A stretch of 32,000 nt of DNA from Erysipelothrix larvae (GCF_001545095.1 NZ_CP013213.1:2100001-2132000), one strand, 5' to 3'. Shown: positions 16,359 through 26,316, numbered from the stretch's first letter. Translations and numbers: made by a program. Notes: generated by a model not told the origin, from the sequence alone.

Positions 16359-16643
16359 CTATACGATCCTTTGCACTCTTCTCACATATACGGTATGGAC
16401 TTCTATCAGGATGACTTGATCGGATTTATTAATCCAATCAGAAGACCATAGGAGGATGAGATGATTGGTCTCTTACACTTGTAGGAAGCCTTGAGCTACT
16501 TATCACAAATCCTTGATGACACTACGCAATACACATAAGCGTTTGTTAGTATTCTAAATTATCGATTTTTTTACTTTGATGTCCGAATATGGCGAGCATT
16601 TGTTTCATTTAGTGGTATGATACTTTTGAAAGGGGTGATTACA

Positions 16644-18113
16644 ATGTTGACTCAAACAACAAGTCTCTACGAAGCGTTTGTTTCAAAAGATGCACGGTTT
16701 GATGGTGAGTTTTTTGTCGGAATCCGTACCACCGGCATTTATTGTCGACCGATTTGTAAAGCACGGAAGCCACGCTTTGAACATTGTTCATTTTATGCAA
16801 CCTGCGCAGAGGCAGAACTCAACGGTTTTCGTCCCTGTCTATTATGCCGTCCCGAATTAGCACCCGGTCATTTAGTCATGGATGCATCCCATTCGATCGC
16901 CACTGCTGCGGCTGTGTTACTTGAAATGAATTGCAGTCATGATTTATCGATGGAAGACATTGCGGATAAACTTGAATGTTCTTCACGTCATTTACGGCGC
17001 GTTTTCTTTGATCAATATCACGTTACTTTAACCCAATACCTTCAGACCTGTCGCCTTCTTTTAGCAAAACAACTCTTAACTGAAACCCATTTATCAATTA
17101 TAGATGTTTCACTAGCCTGTGGGTTTGGAAGTTTACGTCGATTTAATGCGCTTTTTAAGGAACGTTACAATCTCACACCCTCTCAAATTCGAAAGAAAAT
17201 ACACCCAAATCCCACCCGTGAACTCACGTTGCTTCTGAGCTATCGCGATCCATACCCTTGGGATCAACAGTTTCAATTCCTAAGAGACCATCTCATCCCT
17301 GGTGTTGAGTACTGTGATGATCACATGTATCTTCGCTCACTGCGTATTTTAAAAAAGGATCATACGGAAATCTCGGGAACAATATGTGTTCGCCACCAAG
17401 AAGACCACCATGCTTTATCACTTACCCTCAGTGAGTCTCTAATCGTGATGCTCCCATATATTATCAGCCGTGTTCAAAACCTCTTTGACTTATCGTGTCA
17501 ACCGCATACAATTTATGAGTCTCTTATGTCATCCCATGATGATCTCAAAGATTGTTGTTACTTAGGAACGCGCATCCCTGGATGTATTGATCCTTTTGAA
17601 ACAGCAGTTCAAACGCTTTTGTACCAAAATTATCCTGCGTATATTGCGTCAGTCTTGATGCATGAATTTGTAAAGGCGTTTGGTTCTTTAATCCCCACTA
17701 AAAACCCAACAATCACCCATACATTTTGTACTCCACACCATATCGTTTCACTTGGTGCTTCGTTTTTTGATTGTATGAATCGTATTGGATTTTCAAACAA
17801 GGATGCTTCAAACATTTATTTGCTTGCGAAAGGGATCGTAGATCATGTCGTTTGTTTCGAACCTCACCGTCAAAAAGACAGCCTCATACAAACCCTTCAA
17901 TCAGATTGTGGTATGTCTCGTTGGACCGCAGATTATCTTGCAATTCGAACAACAGGCGCGCTCGATCTCTACATCGATCCAACCCGTGTATTTCATGATT
18001 TGCCTGAAATAACAAAACATAAAACACAAGATCAGCTCAAGGACATGAGTCCCTGGCGCTCTTACGCATTTTTCAATCATTATTTTGCGCTAAAACAAGG
18101 AGGGTTACAATGA
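16644..18113 (+). CDS. Ada-type regulator fusion: Ada Zn-binding domain, AraC HTH, and AlkA-like DNA glycosylase (AlkA_N plus HhH-GPD)
   Basis: Start re-assigned to ATG at 16644 behind AGGGGTG. Ada Cys4 region FFVGIRTTGIYCRPICKARKP...FRPCLLCRP. AraC HTH DIADKLECSSRHLRRVF...ACGFGSLRRFNALFKERY. C-terminal helix-hairpin-helix-like GMSRWTADYLAIR. Confidence 0.85.
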   Translation: MLTQTTSLYEAFVSKDARFDGEFFVGIRTTGIYCRPICKARKPRFEHCSFYATCAEAELNGFRPCLLCRPELAPGHLVMDASHSIATAAAVLLEMNCSHDLSMEDIADKLECSSRHLRRVFFDQYHVTLTQYLQTCRLLLAKQLLTETHLSIIDVSLACGFGSLRRFNALFKERYNLTPSQIRKKIHPNPTRELTLLLSYRDPYPWDQQFQFLRDHLIPGVEYCDDHMYLRSLRILKKDHTEISGTICVRHQEDHHALSLTLSESLIVMLPYIISRVQNLFDLSCQPHTIYESLMSSHDDLKDCCYLGTRIPGCIDPFETAVQTLLYQNYPAYIASVLMHEFVKAFGSLIPTKNPTITHTFCTPHHIVSLGASFFDCMNRIGFSNKDASNIYLLAKGIVDHVVCFEPHRQKDSLIQTLQSDCGMSRWTADYLAIRTTGALDLYIDPTRVFHDLPEITKHKTQDQLKDMSPWRSYAFFNHYFALKQGGLQ

Positions 18114-18622
18114 TTTATTGCACAACATATCAATCACCCTTAGGGACGATTACCCTAGGCTGTGATGAAACAGATCATTTAGTTGGTCTTTGGTTTGAAG
18201 ATCAGAAATATTTTGGGGGTGTATGGCGTGATCAGTTACACACGCTTGATAATCTGGAAGTCTTTAAACGCTGTACAGCATGGCTTGATGCTTATTTTAG
18301 GGGTGAAAACCCGAGCATTAACACCTTACCCCTCAACCCAATTGGAACACCCTTTAGACGGGATGTTTGGGATATATTGATGGAGATTCCTTATGGACAA
18401 ACACGTTCTTATGGTGAGATTTCTCGCATTCTTGCGAAACGTAAAGGACTTGATTCCATGTCATCTCAGGCTGTTGGTGGTGCTGTCGGTCATAATCCAC
18501 TCTCAATCCTCATTCCTTGCCACCGTGTCATTTCAACAGATGGTAGTCTAACTGGATATGCAGGTGGTATTGATCGTAAGATATATTTACTTGAACTTGA
18601 AGGCGCACTGATTCATAAGTAG
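18110..18622 (+). CDS. ogt: Methylated-DNA--protein-cysteine methyltransferase
   Basis: 170 aa with active site IPCHRV and motif GGAVGHNPLSILIPCHRVI. Its ATG overlaps the upstream stop (ATGA). Confidence 0.93.
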   Translation: MIYCTTYQSPLGTITLGCDETDHLVGLWFEDQKYFGGVWRDQLHTLDNLEVFKRCTAWLDAYFRGENPSINTLPLNPIGTPFRRDVWDILMEIPYGQTRSYGEISRILAKRKGLDSMSSQAVGGAVGHNPLSILIPCHRVISTDGSLTGYAGGIDRKIYLLELEGALIHK

Positions 18623-18689
18623 TTCATAAAACAAAAAGCACCGTGTCTTGTGTGTTCACAATGGACACATAAAGCACAGTACTTTCGAT

Positions 18690-19508
18690 TTATGTATTAT
18701 CTTTTTTGAATTGATCCAAGAAACTAACTTCTTCAATATCGTCATCATAATATGACATGACTTTCCCTAAATTTACATGTTCAACACTGCGAAAGATATT
18801 CGCTTCTAAGAAGGGGTTTGTTTCAGACAGTGTTTCGATGAGTTTCTTGATTTCGAGTCGTTTACTGTCGGTTTGTTTCTTTTCAGTGAATGAACACGCA
18901 CAGTTCAAAAATTCAAGGTTATAGCGTGTTGCCCATTTGATAATTGATTTTTCACGCACAAGATAAAGGGGTCGGATTAATTCCATCCCTTGATTGGAGG
19001 TGGAATTGAGGCGCGGGAGCATTGTACCAAATTGCCCACCATAGAAGATGTTTAGAAGTGTTGTTTCGATGGCATCATCGTAGTGGTGTCCTAATGCAAT
19101 TTTGTTGCACCCAAGCTTTTCCGCAAATGCATAAAGGTGACCACGTCGCATGCGTGCACACAAATAGCATGGGCTTTTAGGCAATGTATCGACATATTCA
19201 AAGATACGAGAATCATGTATTTCGATGGGTATATCCAGTTTCTGAGCATTATCAATGATCTGTTGTCGATGCTCTTTTTTATACCCTGGATCCATGACTA
19301 CATATTTTACTTCAAAAGGAACCTCACTAAAGGTTTGAAGTACTTTAAACATAAGTGCCATTAACATTGAGTCCTTGCCTCCGGATATACAAATTGCGAT
19401 GCGGTCATTGGGTTGGATTAAATCATAATCGGTGATTGCACGCATAAAGCGTGACCACAGTTCTTTACGATATGTTTTTAAGACTGAGTTTCTCATTTCA
19501 TGGTTCAT
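18690..19508 (-). CDS. PP-loop ATPase of the TtcA/tRNA thiolation family
   Basis: 272 aa. PP-loop motif CISGGKDS, plus cysteine motifs SPCYLCARMRR and LNCACSF. Confidence 0.8.
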   Translation of the reverse strand: MNHEMRNSVLKTYRKELWSRFMRAITDYDLIQPNDRIAICISGGKDSMLMALMFKVLQTFSEVPFEVKYVVMDPGYKKEHRQQIIDNAQKLDIPIEIHDSRIFEYVDTLPKSPCYLCARMRRGHLYAFAEKLGCNKIALGHHYDDAIETTLLNIFYGGQFGTMLPRLNSTSNQGMELIRPLYLVREKSIIKWATRYNLEFLNCACSFTEKKQTDSKRLEIKKLIETLSETNPFLEANIFRSVEHVNLGKVMSYYDDDIEEVSFLDQFKKDNT

Positions 19509-19581
19509 AGGTTAACATTCCTTTTATTATTTCTAGGTACTATTTTATCAAACTTTTCGACTAAACTATACCATCCTCACA

Positions 19582-19620
19582 TAAAAAGTGTTATCAATGA
19601 TTAAATGTCATCGATAACAC
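19582..19620 (-). terminator. Terminator of the ABC transporter operon (13-bp stem with one mismatch, followed by T5)
   Basis: The minus strand reads GTGTTATCGATGA-CATTTAA-TCATTGATAACAC-TTTTT. Confidence 0.75.
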
Positions 19621-19631
19621 CCTGTTTTTAG

Positions 19632-20363
19632 CTATAGAATTTCACTTAAGAATAACTTAGTTCGTTCCTCTTGTGGATTGGATAACAATTCACTGGGATT
19701 GCCTTGTTCAACAATCATCCCTTGATCCATGAAGATGATCCGATCTGACACTTCGCGTGCAAATCCAATCTCATGGGTTACCACAACCATGGTCATGCCT
19801 TGATAGGCAAGATCTTTCATAACATTCAAGACCCCTTTAACCATTTCAGGGTCAAGCGCAGATGTTGGTTCATCAAAGAGCATCACATCGGGATTCATTG
19901 CGAGTGCACGTGCAATCGCAACCCGTTGTTTTTGTCCACCTGATAGTTTTCGTGGATAGAGATGGGCTTTCTCAGGAATTCCAACTTGATTCAGAAGTTC
20001 CATCGCTTTTACTTCCGCTTCTTCTTGTGTCATGGTTCCTAATTGAACGGGTGCGAGTGTAATGTTGTCAAGCACAGTCAAATGAGGAAACAGATTAAAG
20101 TGTTGGAATACCATACCAATATTCTCGCGCACTTTATTAATGTTTGTGTCCGGCGCTTTTAAGTCAACACCATCCACGATTACTTGTCCGCTTTCATAAT
20201 CCTCCAACAAGTTCATACACCGTAACAGTGTACTCTTTCCACTTCCTGAAGGGCCAATAATACACAGCACTTCTTGTTTATCGATGGTTAAGTCGACATC
20301 CTTTAGGACATGTAATTGGCCAAAGTGTTTATTCAGCTTATTTACTTCTATCTTATGCGTCAT
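19632..20363 (-). CDS. Amino-acid ABC transporter ATP-binding protein (GlnQ-like)
   Basis: Start re-assigned to ATG at 20363 ([10 protein letters not shown]) behind AAGGAAG. Walker [10 protein letters not shown], signature LSGGQKQR, Walker [12 protein letters not shown]. Confidence 0.93.
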   Translation of the reverse strand: MTHKIEVNKLNKHFGQLHVLKDVDLTIDKQEVLCIIGPSGSGKSTLLRCMNLLEDYESGQVIVDGVDLKAPDTNINKVRENIGMVFQHFNLFPHLTVLDNITLAPVQLGTMTQEEAEVKAMELLNQVGIPEKAHLYPRKLSGGQKQRVAIARALAMNPDVMLFDEPTSALDPEMVKGVLNVMKDLAYQGMTMVVVTHEIGFAREVSDRIIFMDQGMIVEQGNPSELLSNPQEERTKLFLSEIL

Positions 20364-21018
20364 AATTCCACTTCCTTTCAACGACATGGCCCAAATACCC
20401 AAGCAATGAGCATCCTACAAAGTATAATACTGCAGTAATTGCCCACATCTCAAAGAGACGTTGATTACGCCCGATGATAATTTGGGTTTGTTTGGTAAGT
20501 TCACCAAATCCAATAACAGACAGCAAGGAAGTGTCTTTAAATGCAATGATGTATTGGTTAATAATTGAAGGCACCATGGTTTTGAATGCCTGTGGTAATA
20601 TAATTAATCGCATCGCTCGTTTATGGGGTAACCCTAAACTTTGCGCTGCTTCCATTTGTCCATGATCAACCGATAAGATCCCTCCACGAATGATCTCGGA
20701 CATGTATGCTCCTGAGTTGAGACTCAGGATGGTTATTGCTGCATAATACAGTTCAAATCTAAAATTGATTCCAAAACTTTTTAGTAACCCTGGAATCCCA
20801 TAGTAAACAAAGAACCCCAGTACAATCAGTGGGACACCTCGCACAAGTGAAATATATGCTTTCGCAATCCAATTGAGTATTTTTGATTTGGATAAAGTCA
20901 TCAGACTACTTAATAGTCCAATGATTGTGGCAAGTAGCATAGAAACCACAGATAAGAGGATTGTATTATAGAACCCACTTAAAAGTGACTGATAGTTTTC
21001 AATAATTAAGTCAATCAT
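20353..21018 (-). CDS. Amino-acid ABC transporter permease (HisMQ/GlnP family)
   Basis: 221 aa and multi-TM. The EAA-like loop is [23 protein letters not shown]. Confidence 0.9.
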   Translation of the reverse strand: MIDLIIENYQSLLSGFYNTILLSVVSMLLATIIGLLSSLMTLSKSKILNWIAKAYISLVRGVPLIVLGFFVYYGIPGLLKSFGINFRFELYYAAITILSLNSGAYMSEIIRGGILSVDHGQMEAAQSLGLPHKRAMRLIILPQAFKTMVPSIINQYIIAFKDTSLLSVIGFGELTKQTQIIIGRNQRLFEMWAITAVLYFVGCSLLGYLGHVVERKWNYDA

Positions 21019-21024
21019 AAAAAC

Positions 21025-21771
21025 CTACTTCGTGTACTTATCTACAATTTCTTGATATTTTCCATTCGCTTTTATATTCGCAAGTCCTGCATTAAATTTT
21101 TCAAGTAATTCAGCATTTTCACCTTTCATAACAGCAAATCCATATTGGCTTGGTATTTCAGAAACACCTGTTGTAACAAGTTGGACACCATTTTTGGCGA
21201 TGCTGTATTCCATAACTGGCGCATCTTCAAAACATGCAACTGCATTTCCTGAAACCACTTCGGTATACATTGTAGCGGAATCATCGAAGTACACCACTTC
21301 GAATCCGTATTGTTCTTTAATTGATTCTGCGAAATCAGCGCCGTTTGTTGAAGTCTTGATTGCAACGCGTTTTCCTCGGAGATCTTCATATGAAGTAATA
21401 TCACTGCCAATTGCAACAGCCATTGTAACGGATACATCATAATAAGGATCTGAGAAATCATACACTTTTAACCGTTCGTCTGTGATTGTCATCCCAGCAA
21501 GAACCGCATCTGCTTGTCCTGATTTTAAACTTGCGACTGCACCGGTGAATCCAATAAAGTCCATTTTAATCTTGATTCCTTGGTCTTCAGCAATTGCATT
21601 CATAATGTCGACATCAATCCCAACATATGTACCACTTGCTTCTGCCCATTCAAACGGTGGATATCCGTTGTCTGATGCAATAATATATTCCTTATCCCCG
21701 TCACCTGATCCACAAGCAGTGAGTAACAGCATCACAAGCCCAATCATGAATCCCTTGTATAATGATTTCAT
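21025..21771 (-). CDS. Amino-acid ABC transporter substrate-binding lipoprotein
   Basis: 248 aa. Lipobox LLTAC, plus family-3 SBP motifs YPPFEW, GIDVDI and DAVLAGMTIT. Confidence 0.9.
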   Translation of the reverse strand: MKSLYKGFMIGLVMLLLTACGSGDGDKEYIIASDNGYPPFEWAEASGTYVGIDVDIMNAIAEDQGIKIKMDFIGFTGAVASLKSGQADAVLAGMTITDERLKVYDFSDPYYDVSVTMAVAIGSDITSYEDLRGKRVAIKTSTNGADFAESIKEQYGFEVVYFDDSATMYTEVVSGNAVACFEDAPVMEYSIAKNGVQLVTTGVSEIPSQYGFAVMKGENAELLEKFNAGLANIKANGKYQEIVDKYTK

Positions 21772-21797
21772 AAAAAAACCTCCTTTAATATATCAAG

Positions 21798-21826
21798 ATG
21801 TTATCACTTGTGAAAATCTGTGTCAA
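21798..21826 (-). promoter_or_regulatory. Putative promoter of the ABC operon (TTGACA, 17-nt spacer, TAACAT)
   Basis: Read on the minus strand. Confidence 0.4.
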
Positions 21827-21923
21827 GAAAATCTTTCAATAAATTTTCAATATAATGAAAAGAATTTTCAATACCTATAACGTTTTGAAACATTTTACAA
21901 CCGTTTACCCTGTCATAAACATA

Positions 21924-21948
21924 TAAAAAAAACGGCCAATTGACCGTT
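21924..21948 (-). terminator. Terminator after the 74-aa gene (AACGGTC-AATT-GGCCGTT plus T8)
   Basis: Read on the minus strand. Confidence 0.7.
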
Positions 21949-21952
21949 AGTC

Positions 21953-22177
21953 TTATTTTGCGATTTGAACTGTGAAATATAATGCAGGCCCATACTTAGA
22001 CTTTTTAACTTCACTCTTCGCGATAGAAACAGCTTTTTCAAGCTCTACTCCTTCAGTTTCAAAGTAGATTTTCATACCATCCATTTTAGCGAATGTAAAC
22101 TTACATCCATCAACGGTTTGACCATCGAGTAATTCTTTTATGAAATCTCTTTTTTGTGGTGATTGTACATAGATCAT
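21953..22177 (-). CDS. Small conserved-looking hypothetical protein (74 aa)
   Basis: Start re-assigned to ATG at 22177 (MIYVQSPQKRDF) behind AAGGAGG. The longer ORF-track start lacks an RBS. Confidence 0.6.
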   Translation of the reverse strand: MIYVQSPQKRDFIKELLDGQTVDGCKFTFAKMDGMKIYFETEGVELEKAVSIAKSEVKKSKYGPALYFTVQIAK

Positions 22178-22286
22178 TGCATTATCCTCCTTAGTTAATG
22201 TTAACCAGCAATCCGTACTTATCCAGTACACTTTGGTTAAGGATATTATACCACCAATCCCATAAAAAAACACCCTAGAAGGGTGC

Positions 22287-23402
22287 TTAAAATGGCATTG
22301 TTTTATATTCTTGTAATGTTATCAAGTGTTTATTATCGAATGTCTTAACAAATTCTGTTAATAACTTCACAGTATCGGCATAGTCCTTGCGATGAATGAT
22401 TCCATAATGTGAATGGATGTATCGCGCTGGAATCGACACTGTCAGTGCAATGACACCATCGTGTACTTTATGGATTTCTCCTGAGTCAGTACCCCCAGCA
22501 GCAAGCATTTCAAATTGCGTGTCAATCTTGAGATCATCTGCAAGATCTTGAAGCATGTACAACAGTCCCTTATGGCCAATGTATGAACCGTCCATGACTT
22601 CTAGAGTTGCACCTACACCTAACTTAATGCGGTTGTCTTCACCGGGTGTATCTGTTGCGATGGTGACATCAAGTGTAATTGCCACATCTGGATTGATGCG
22701 TTGTGCCGCTGTTTTTGCACCACGTAGTCCAACTTCTTCTTGAACGGTACCAACACCATAGACTGTAGAAACAAGATCAAGCCCTTTAAGGTTGCGCATA
22801 ATATCCATCACAATTGCAGCTCCCACACGATCATCCCATGCTTTACTCATCAAGTAATTAGGATTTGCGAGAACATGGAAATCAGCTTTCGGTGTCACCA
22901 TGTCACCAATTTGGATCCCAATTAATTCTACTTCTTCTTTTGAAGAAACTCCAATATCCACGAAGATTTCATCCATTGATAATACTTTATTTCGCACTTC
23001 TGGTTTCATACCATGTGGTGCTTTTGATCCCACAACACCCACATATGCATGCCCTTTACGGGTCGTGATTGTGACAGGTTGCGATAACAATACATGGGGC
23101 CACCATCCACCCACTGGGTGAAGACGAATGTAGCCATTATTATCAATATTCTTAACTAAAAATCCAATTTCATCAATATGACCCGCAAACATCACTTTCG
23201 GCCCATTTTCTTGACCTTTTTTAATGGCAATGATGGACCCTAAGTTATCATATTCGATTGAGTCAACACTTTCTTTAACCCAATCCTTAAATACTTCTTG
23301 AACATCTCTTTCATGTCCTGAAATACCATTGGTTAGCGTGAGATCAGCGAGCATTTCGAGTGATACATCACCGTATGCTTCTTCCATTTTCTTTTTAGAC
23401 AT
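22287..23402 (-). CDS. M42-family glutamyl aminopeptidase / peptidase (PepA/YsdC-like)
   Basis: 371 aa. Motifs are GISGHERDV, MFAGHIDEIGF, WDDRVG, QEEVGLRGA and IPARYIHS. Confidence 0.9.
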   Translation of the reverse strand: MSKKKMEEAYGDVSLEMLADLTLTNGISGHERDVQEVFKDWVKESVDSIEYDNLGSIIAIKKGQENGPKVMFAGHIDEIGFLVKNIDNNGYIRLHPVGGWWPHVLLSQPVTITTRKGHAYVGVVGSKAPHGMKPEVRNKVLSMDEIFVDIGVSSKEEVELIGIQIGDMVTPKADFHVLANPNYLMSKAWDDRVGAAIVMDIMRNLKGLDLVSTVYGVGTVQEEVGLRGAKTAAQRINPDVAITLDVTIATDTPGEDNRIKLGVGATLEVMDGSYIGHKGLLYMLQDLADDLKIDTQFEMLAAGGTDSGEIHKVHDGVIALTVSIPARYIHSHYGIIHRKDYADTVKLLTEFVKTFDNKHLITLQEYKTMPF

Positions 23403-23414
23403 AAAACTATCCTC

Positions 23415-23906
23415 CTAGTATTTATCATCCTGTCTTTGATGATTCTTTTGATTCTTCATTAAGTACATATTTCGAATCACTTCATTATTCATCCCCAAGC
23501 TGTATGCTAAACTCAAAATCGAAGCAAATAACGCCCGGTAATCTTCCTTACGATTTGATGTAGAGAATAATTGAATTAATCGATATACTTGATGAAATTG
23601 ATCGTTTAAAATCAAACTCGATTTCTCATACACAATACACGCATCACTGAAGTCAATATCAATGCCTAAGGATAAGGTAAAGTGTAAAACATCCGAAAAC
23701 TCTTCAAACACTGTTTCATTATCAGATGGTGCTCGAAGACTCCAATACTTAAAACAGCGTGTCTCATTTGCAAGTTCACCGGTTTCCACAAGCAATGCTA
23801 AAATACGATCATTGCGTGTTTTTTCGCGTGTTGTATCATGAAGTGTGAAAATGCGTGAATCCAACTCATTTTGAATTGCTTGCAAATCATGTATTAATAA
23901 TTCCAT
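23415..23906 (-). CDS. Dimeric dUTPase-family protein (YncF-like, all-alpha)
   Basis: 163 aa. Motifs LLVETGELANETRCFKYW and EEFSDVLHFTLSLG are typical of the dUTPase_2 family. Confidence 0.75.
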   Translation of the reverse strand: MELLIHDLQAIQNELDSRIFTLHDTTREKTRNDRILALLVETGELANETRCFKYWSLRAPSDNETVFEEFSDVLHFTLSLGIDIDFSDACIVYEKSSLILNDQFHQVYRLIQLFSTSNRKEDYRALFASILSLAYSLGMNNEVIRNMYLMKNQKNHQRQDDKY

Positions 23907-23957
23907 AAAAACCCCCTGATATCTAAAGAAACAGACAATTAATTTGCCTTATGTAGA

Positions 23958-24464
23958 TTATATCATTTGTTTGAACCGTTCGTGTAGTGACTTTACCAAT
24001 TTTCCGGTCACAATTCCTGTTGGAATCCCCATAATTAATAAAAAAGGGAGGTAAGTAAACACCAACATGGGTGCATTTGTGAGAAATGCTACAAATATTA
24101 CTTGTCCAACATTATGAAATGTAGAAGATACGAGGCAAATTCCATATTCTGAGAACACTTTTGACTTTGCTGCAGCAATTGCCATCATTGTGCTTAACAG
24201 TGTTCCGCAAAAACTAATCCAGAATCCTGGACTAAACAAAAAGGTTCCGCGCATTAGTCCTACAAGTAATACGCGCATCATATTTAATACGATCATTTCT
24301 TTAACGCCAAAGAAATAATAAGCAATCAGTCCCAAAACATTCGCAAGGCCAAGACGTACGCCTGGTAATCCCAGTGGAATCTGTGATTCAACCATACTCA
24401 CGGTGATCGCCATCGCAAGAAGCATCGTCTGAACCGTTAGGCTTCGTGTTTTATTTCGTTTCAT
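23958..24464 (-). CDS. Gx transporter family membrane protein (heptaprenyl diphosphate synthase component I-like)
   Basis: 168 aa and multi-TM. It is paired with the upstream NusG-domain-II gene, as is usual in Firmicutes. Confidence 0.7.
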   Translation of the reverse strand: MKRNKTRSLTVQTMLLAMAITVSMVESQIPLGLPGVRLGLANVLGLIAYYFFGVKEMIVLNMMRVLLVGLMRGTFLFSPGFWISFCGTLLSTMMAIAAAKSKVFSEYGICLVSSTFHNVGQVIFVAFLTNAPMLVFTYLPFLLIMGIPTGIVTGKLVKSLHERFKQMI

Positions 24465-24847
24465 CCAACCGTTATATCTCCATCATCTGGATCAATCAGT
24501 GAATCATCGCTTTCGATCACAATCTTGATTCCATTTGGTAAACATACAATTGGGACGTTTGTACGTTCTACCCATCCTTGCACTTGACAATAATGAAGCG
24601 GAGATATTTCATCTGCCACGCGAATCCTACCATCTTTAATCTCTAATACAACATCCCCCAATGTTCCATTCACACTAAAGCGGCCATCTTGATTCATGGG
24701 TAAACGCAATACTTCTTTATCGTTATGGTAGACAACTGCCATTGCTTCATCTACTGAAATTGCGGTTGCAACGATTTTGGAAACCCCGAAAAGAGTCACT
24801 GCCAGCACAATTACAAAACCACAATAAATTTTGTCAAATTTGTTCAT
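24461..24847 (-). CDS. NusG domain II-containing protein (DUF1312)
   Basis: 128 aa with an N-terminal TM segment and beta-rich motifs such as VLEIKDGRIRV. There is a 4-nt overlap with the Gx transporter gene. Confidence 0.65.
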   Translation of the reverse strand: MNKFDKIYCGFVIVLAVTLFGVSKIVATAISVDEAMAVVYHNDKEVLRLPMNQDGRFSVNGTLGDVVLEIKDGRIRVADEISPLHYCQVQGWVERTNVPIVCLPNGIKIVIESDDSLIDPDDGDITVG

Positions 24848-24963
24848 GAGTATCTCCTTTCGACTTCCTTAATTTTACCACACACGCATCAAAAAAGGTA
24901 CATTTTACAACGTGTTTTCATTGACAACAAGGGATGTTCTTGGTATCCTAATGCGTGTACATC

Positions 24964-24988
24964 GGGACACAGCTTTGTGTCCCATTTT
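24964..24988 (+). promoter_or_regulatory. Terminator-like hairpin in the purA leader (GGGACAC-AGCTTT-GTGTCCC-ATTTT)
   Basis: Read directly from the sequence. It ends 20 nt before the purA ATG, downstream of a TTGACA...TATCCT promoter-like pair. Confidence 0.4.
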
Positions 24989-25008
24989 AATTGACTGGAG
25001 GGTACAAA

Positions 25009-26280
25009 ATGATTAAGGCTATTGTTGGAGCAAATTGGGGTGACGAAGGTAAAGGGAAACTTACTGACGTATTCGCACATGAATCAGATGTCATCGTTCG
25101 CTTTCAAGGGGGAAATAATGCAGGACATACAATCATCAATGATTATGGAAAGTTTGCACTGCACATGCTTCCATCGGGAGTATTTTATGACCATACGGTA
25201 AATGTGATTGGGAATGGTGTGGCATTGAATATTCCATCCTTTATCAGTGAATTACGTGAACTTGAAGAAAAAGGCATTAAGCCAAAGCTTGTTGTGAGTG
25301 ATCGTGCTCAAATTGTTATGAGCTATCATGTTCGCTTTGATGAACTTGAAGAAGCGCGTTTGGGGAAGGCTCAATTTGGTTCAACAAAATCAGGGATTGC
25401 ACCATTTTATTCCGATAAATACGCAAAAACTGGATTTCAAGTATCTGAACTCTTTAATGATGCTTGGCTAGACTCAAAAATCGATCGCATTATTGACCAG
25501 AAAAACGCACTCATGGTGCATTTATACAATCAAGCACCACTGACAAAAGAAGCAATCTTACGTGAACTCCATGAATACCGTGACTTAATTAAACCCTATG
25601 TTGTGGATGTGTTCAATCTCTTGGATGATATGCAAAAACAAGGAAAAACAATTTTACTTGAAGGTCAACTTGGAGCACTTCGTGATCCAGACTTTGGAAT
25701 TTATCCATACTCGACCTCTTCAACAACGCTCGCTTATTATGGTTCAATTGGAGCAGGGTTACCCAAAGCAATTGACGAAGTATGGGCTGTTACCAAAGCC
25801 TATTCAAGTTGTGTTGGAAGTGGACCTTTTGTTGCAGAAATCTTTGGCGAAGAAGCAGACCAACTCCGTAGACTTGGTGGGGATGCTGGGGAATTTGGTG
25901 CAACAACTGGGCGACCACGTCGTGTTGGATACTTTGATGCCGTGGCAACACGCTATGGGTGCAAAGTTCAAGGGGCAACTCATGTTGCACTCACAAACAT
26001 TGATGTTCTTTCCTATCTTGATGAGATTAATGTCGTAACAGGCTATGAATACGAAGGCGTTATCACCCAAGACTTTGGGGCAGTATCTGTTTTAGAAAAA
26101 TCAACGCCTGTTATAAAATCTTTTGCAGGGTGGAATGTTGATATTTCAGATATCACAGACTATGATGCATTACCAGAAAATTGCAAGGCTTATATTGACG
26201 CCCTTGAACAATTAATTGAAACACCCATCGCTTTAGTCTCCAATGGACCTAAACGATCCCAAATTATGAATCGAAGATAA
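25009..26280 (+). CDS. purA: Adenylosuccinate synthase
   Basis: Start re-assigned to ATG at 25009 (MIKAIVGANWGDEGKGK) behind GGAGGG. Further motifs are QGGNNAGHT and TTGRPRR. Confidence 0.95.
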   Translation: MIKAIVGANWGDEGKGKLTDVFAHESDVIVRFQGGNNAGHTIINDYGKFALHMLPSGVFYDHTVNVIGNGVALNIPSFISELRELEEKGIKPKLVVSDRAQIVMSYHVRFDELEEARLGKAQFGSTKSGIAPFYSDKYAKTGFQVSELFNDAWLDSKIDRIIDQKNALMVHLYNQAPLTKEAILRELHEYRDLIKPYVVDVFNLLDDMQKQGKTILLEGQLGALRDPDFGIYPYSTSSTTLAYYGSIGAGLPKAIDEVWAVTKAYSSCVGSGPFVAEIFGEEADQLRRLGGDAGEFGATTGRPRRVGYFDAVATRYGCKVQGATHVALTNIDVLSYLDEINVVTGYEYEGVITQDFGAVSVLEKSTPVIKSFAGWNVDISDITDYDALPENCKAYIDALEQLIETPIALVSNGPKRSQIMNRR

Positions 26281-26292
26281 TCATAACTCCAA

Positions 26293-26316
26293 AGACACAA
26301 TCACGTGTCTTTTTTG
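26293..26316 (+). terminator. purA terminator (AGACAC-N6-GTGTCT plus T6)
   Basis: Read directly from the sequence. Confidence 0.7.

Noticed and set aside
16257-16451. 64-aa ORF in the track
   Set aside because: Its 5' part is the tRNA-Gly gene and terminator, and it has no RBS. It is an artefact of open reading frame calling.
16461-16484. 7-codon mini-ORF (MIGLLHL) with a perfect AGGAGG SD about 160 nt upstream of the ada-alkA gene
   Set aside because: It could be a leader peptide. However, I found no associated attenuator structure or conservation evidence, so a chance SD-ATG pairing in AT-rich DNA cannot be excluded.
25598-26070. Alternative-frame and antisense ORFs within purA (146, 66 and 88 aa)
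   Set aside because: They are embedded in a strongly supported CDS and lack RBSs.
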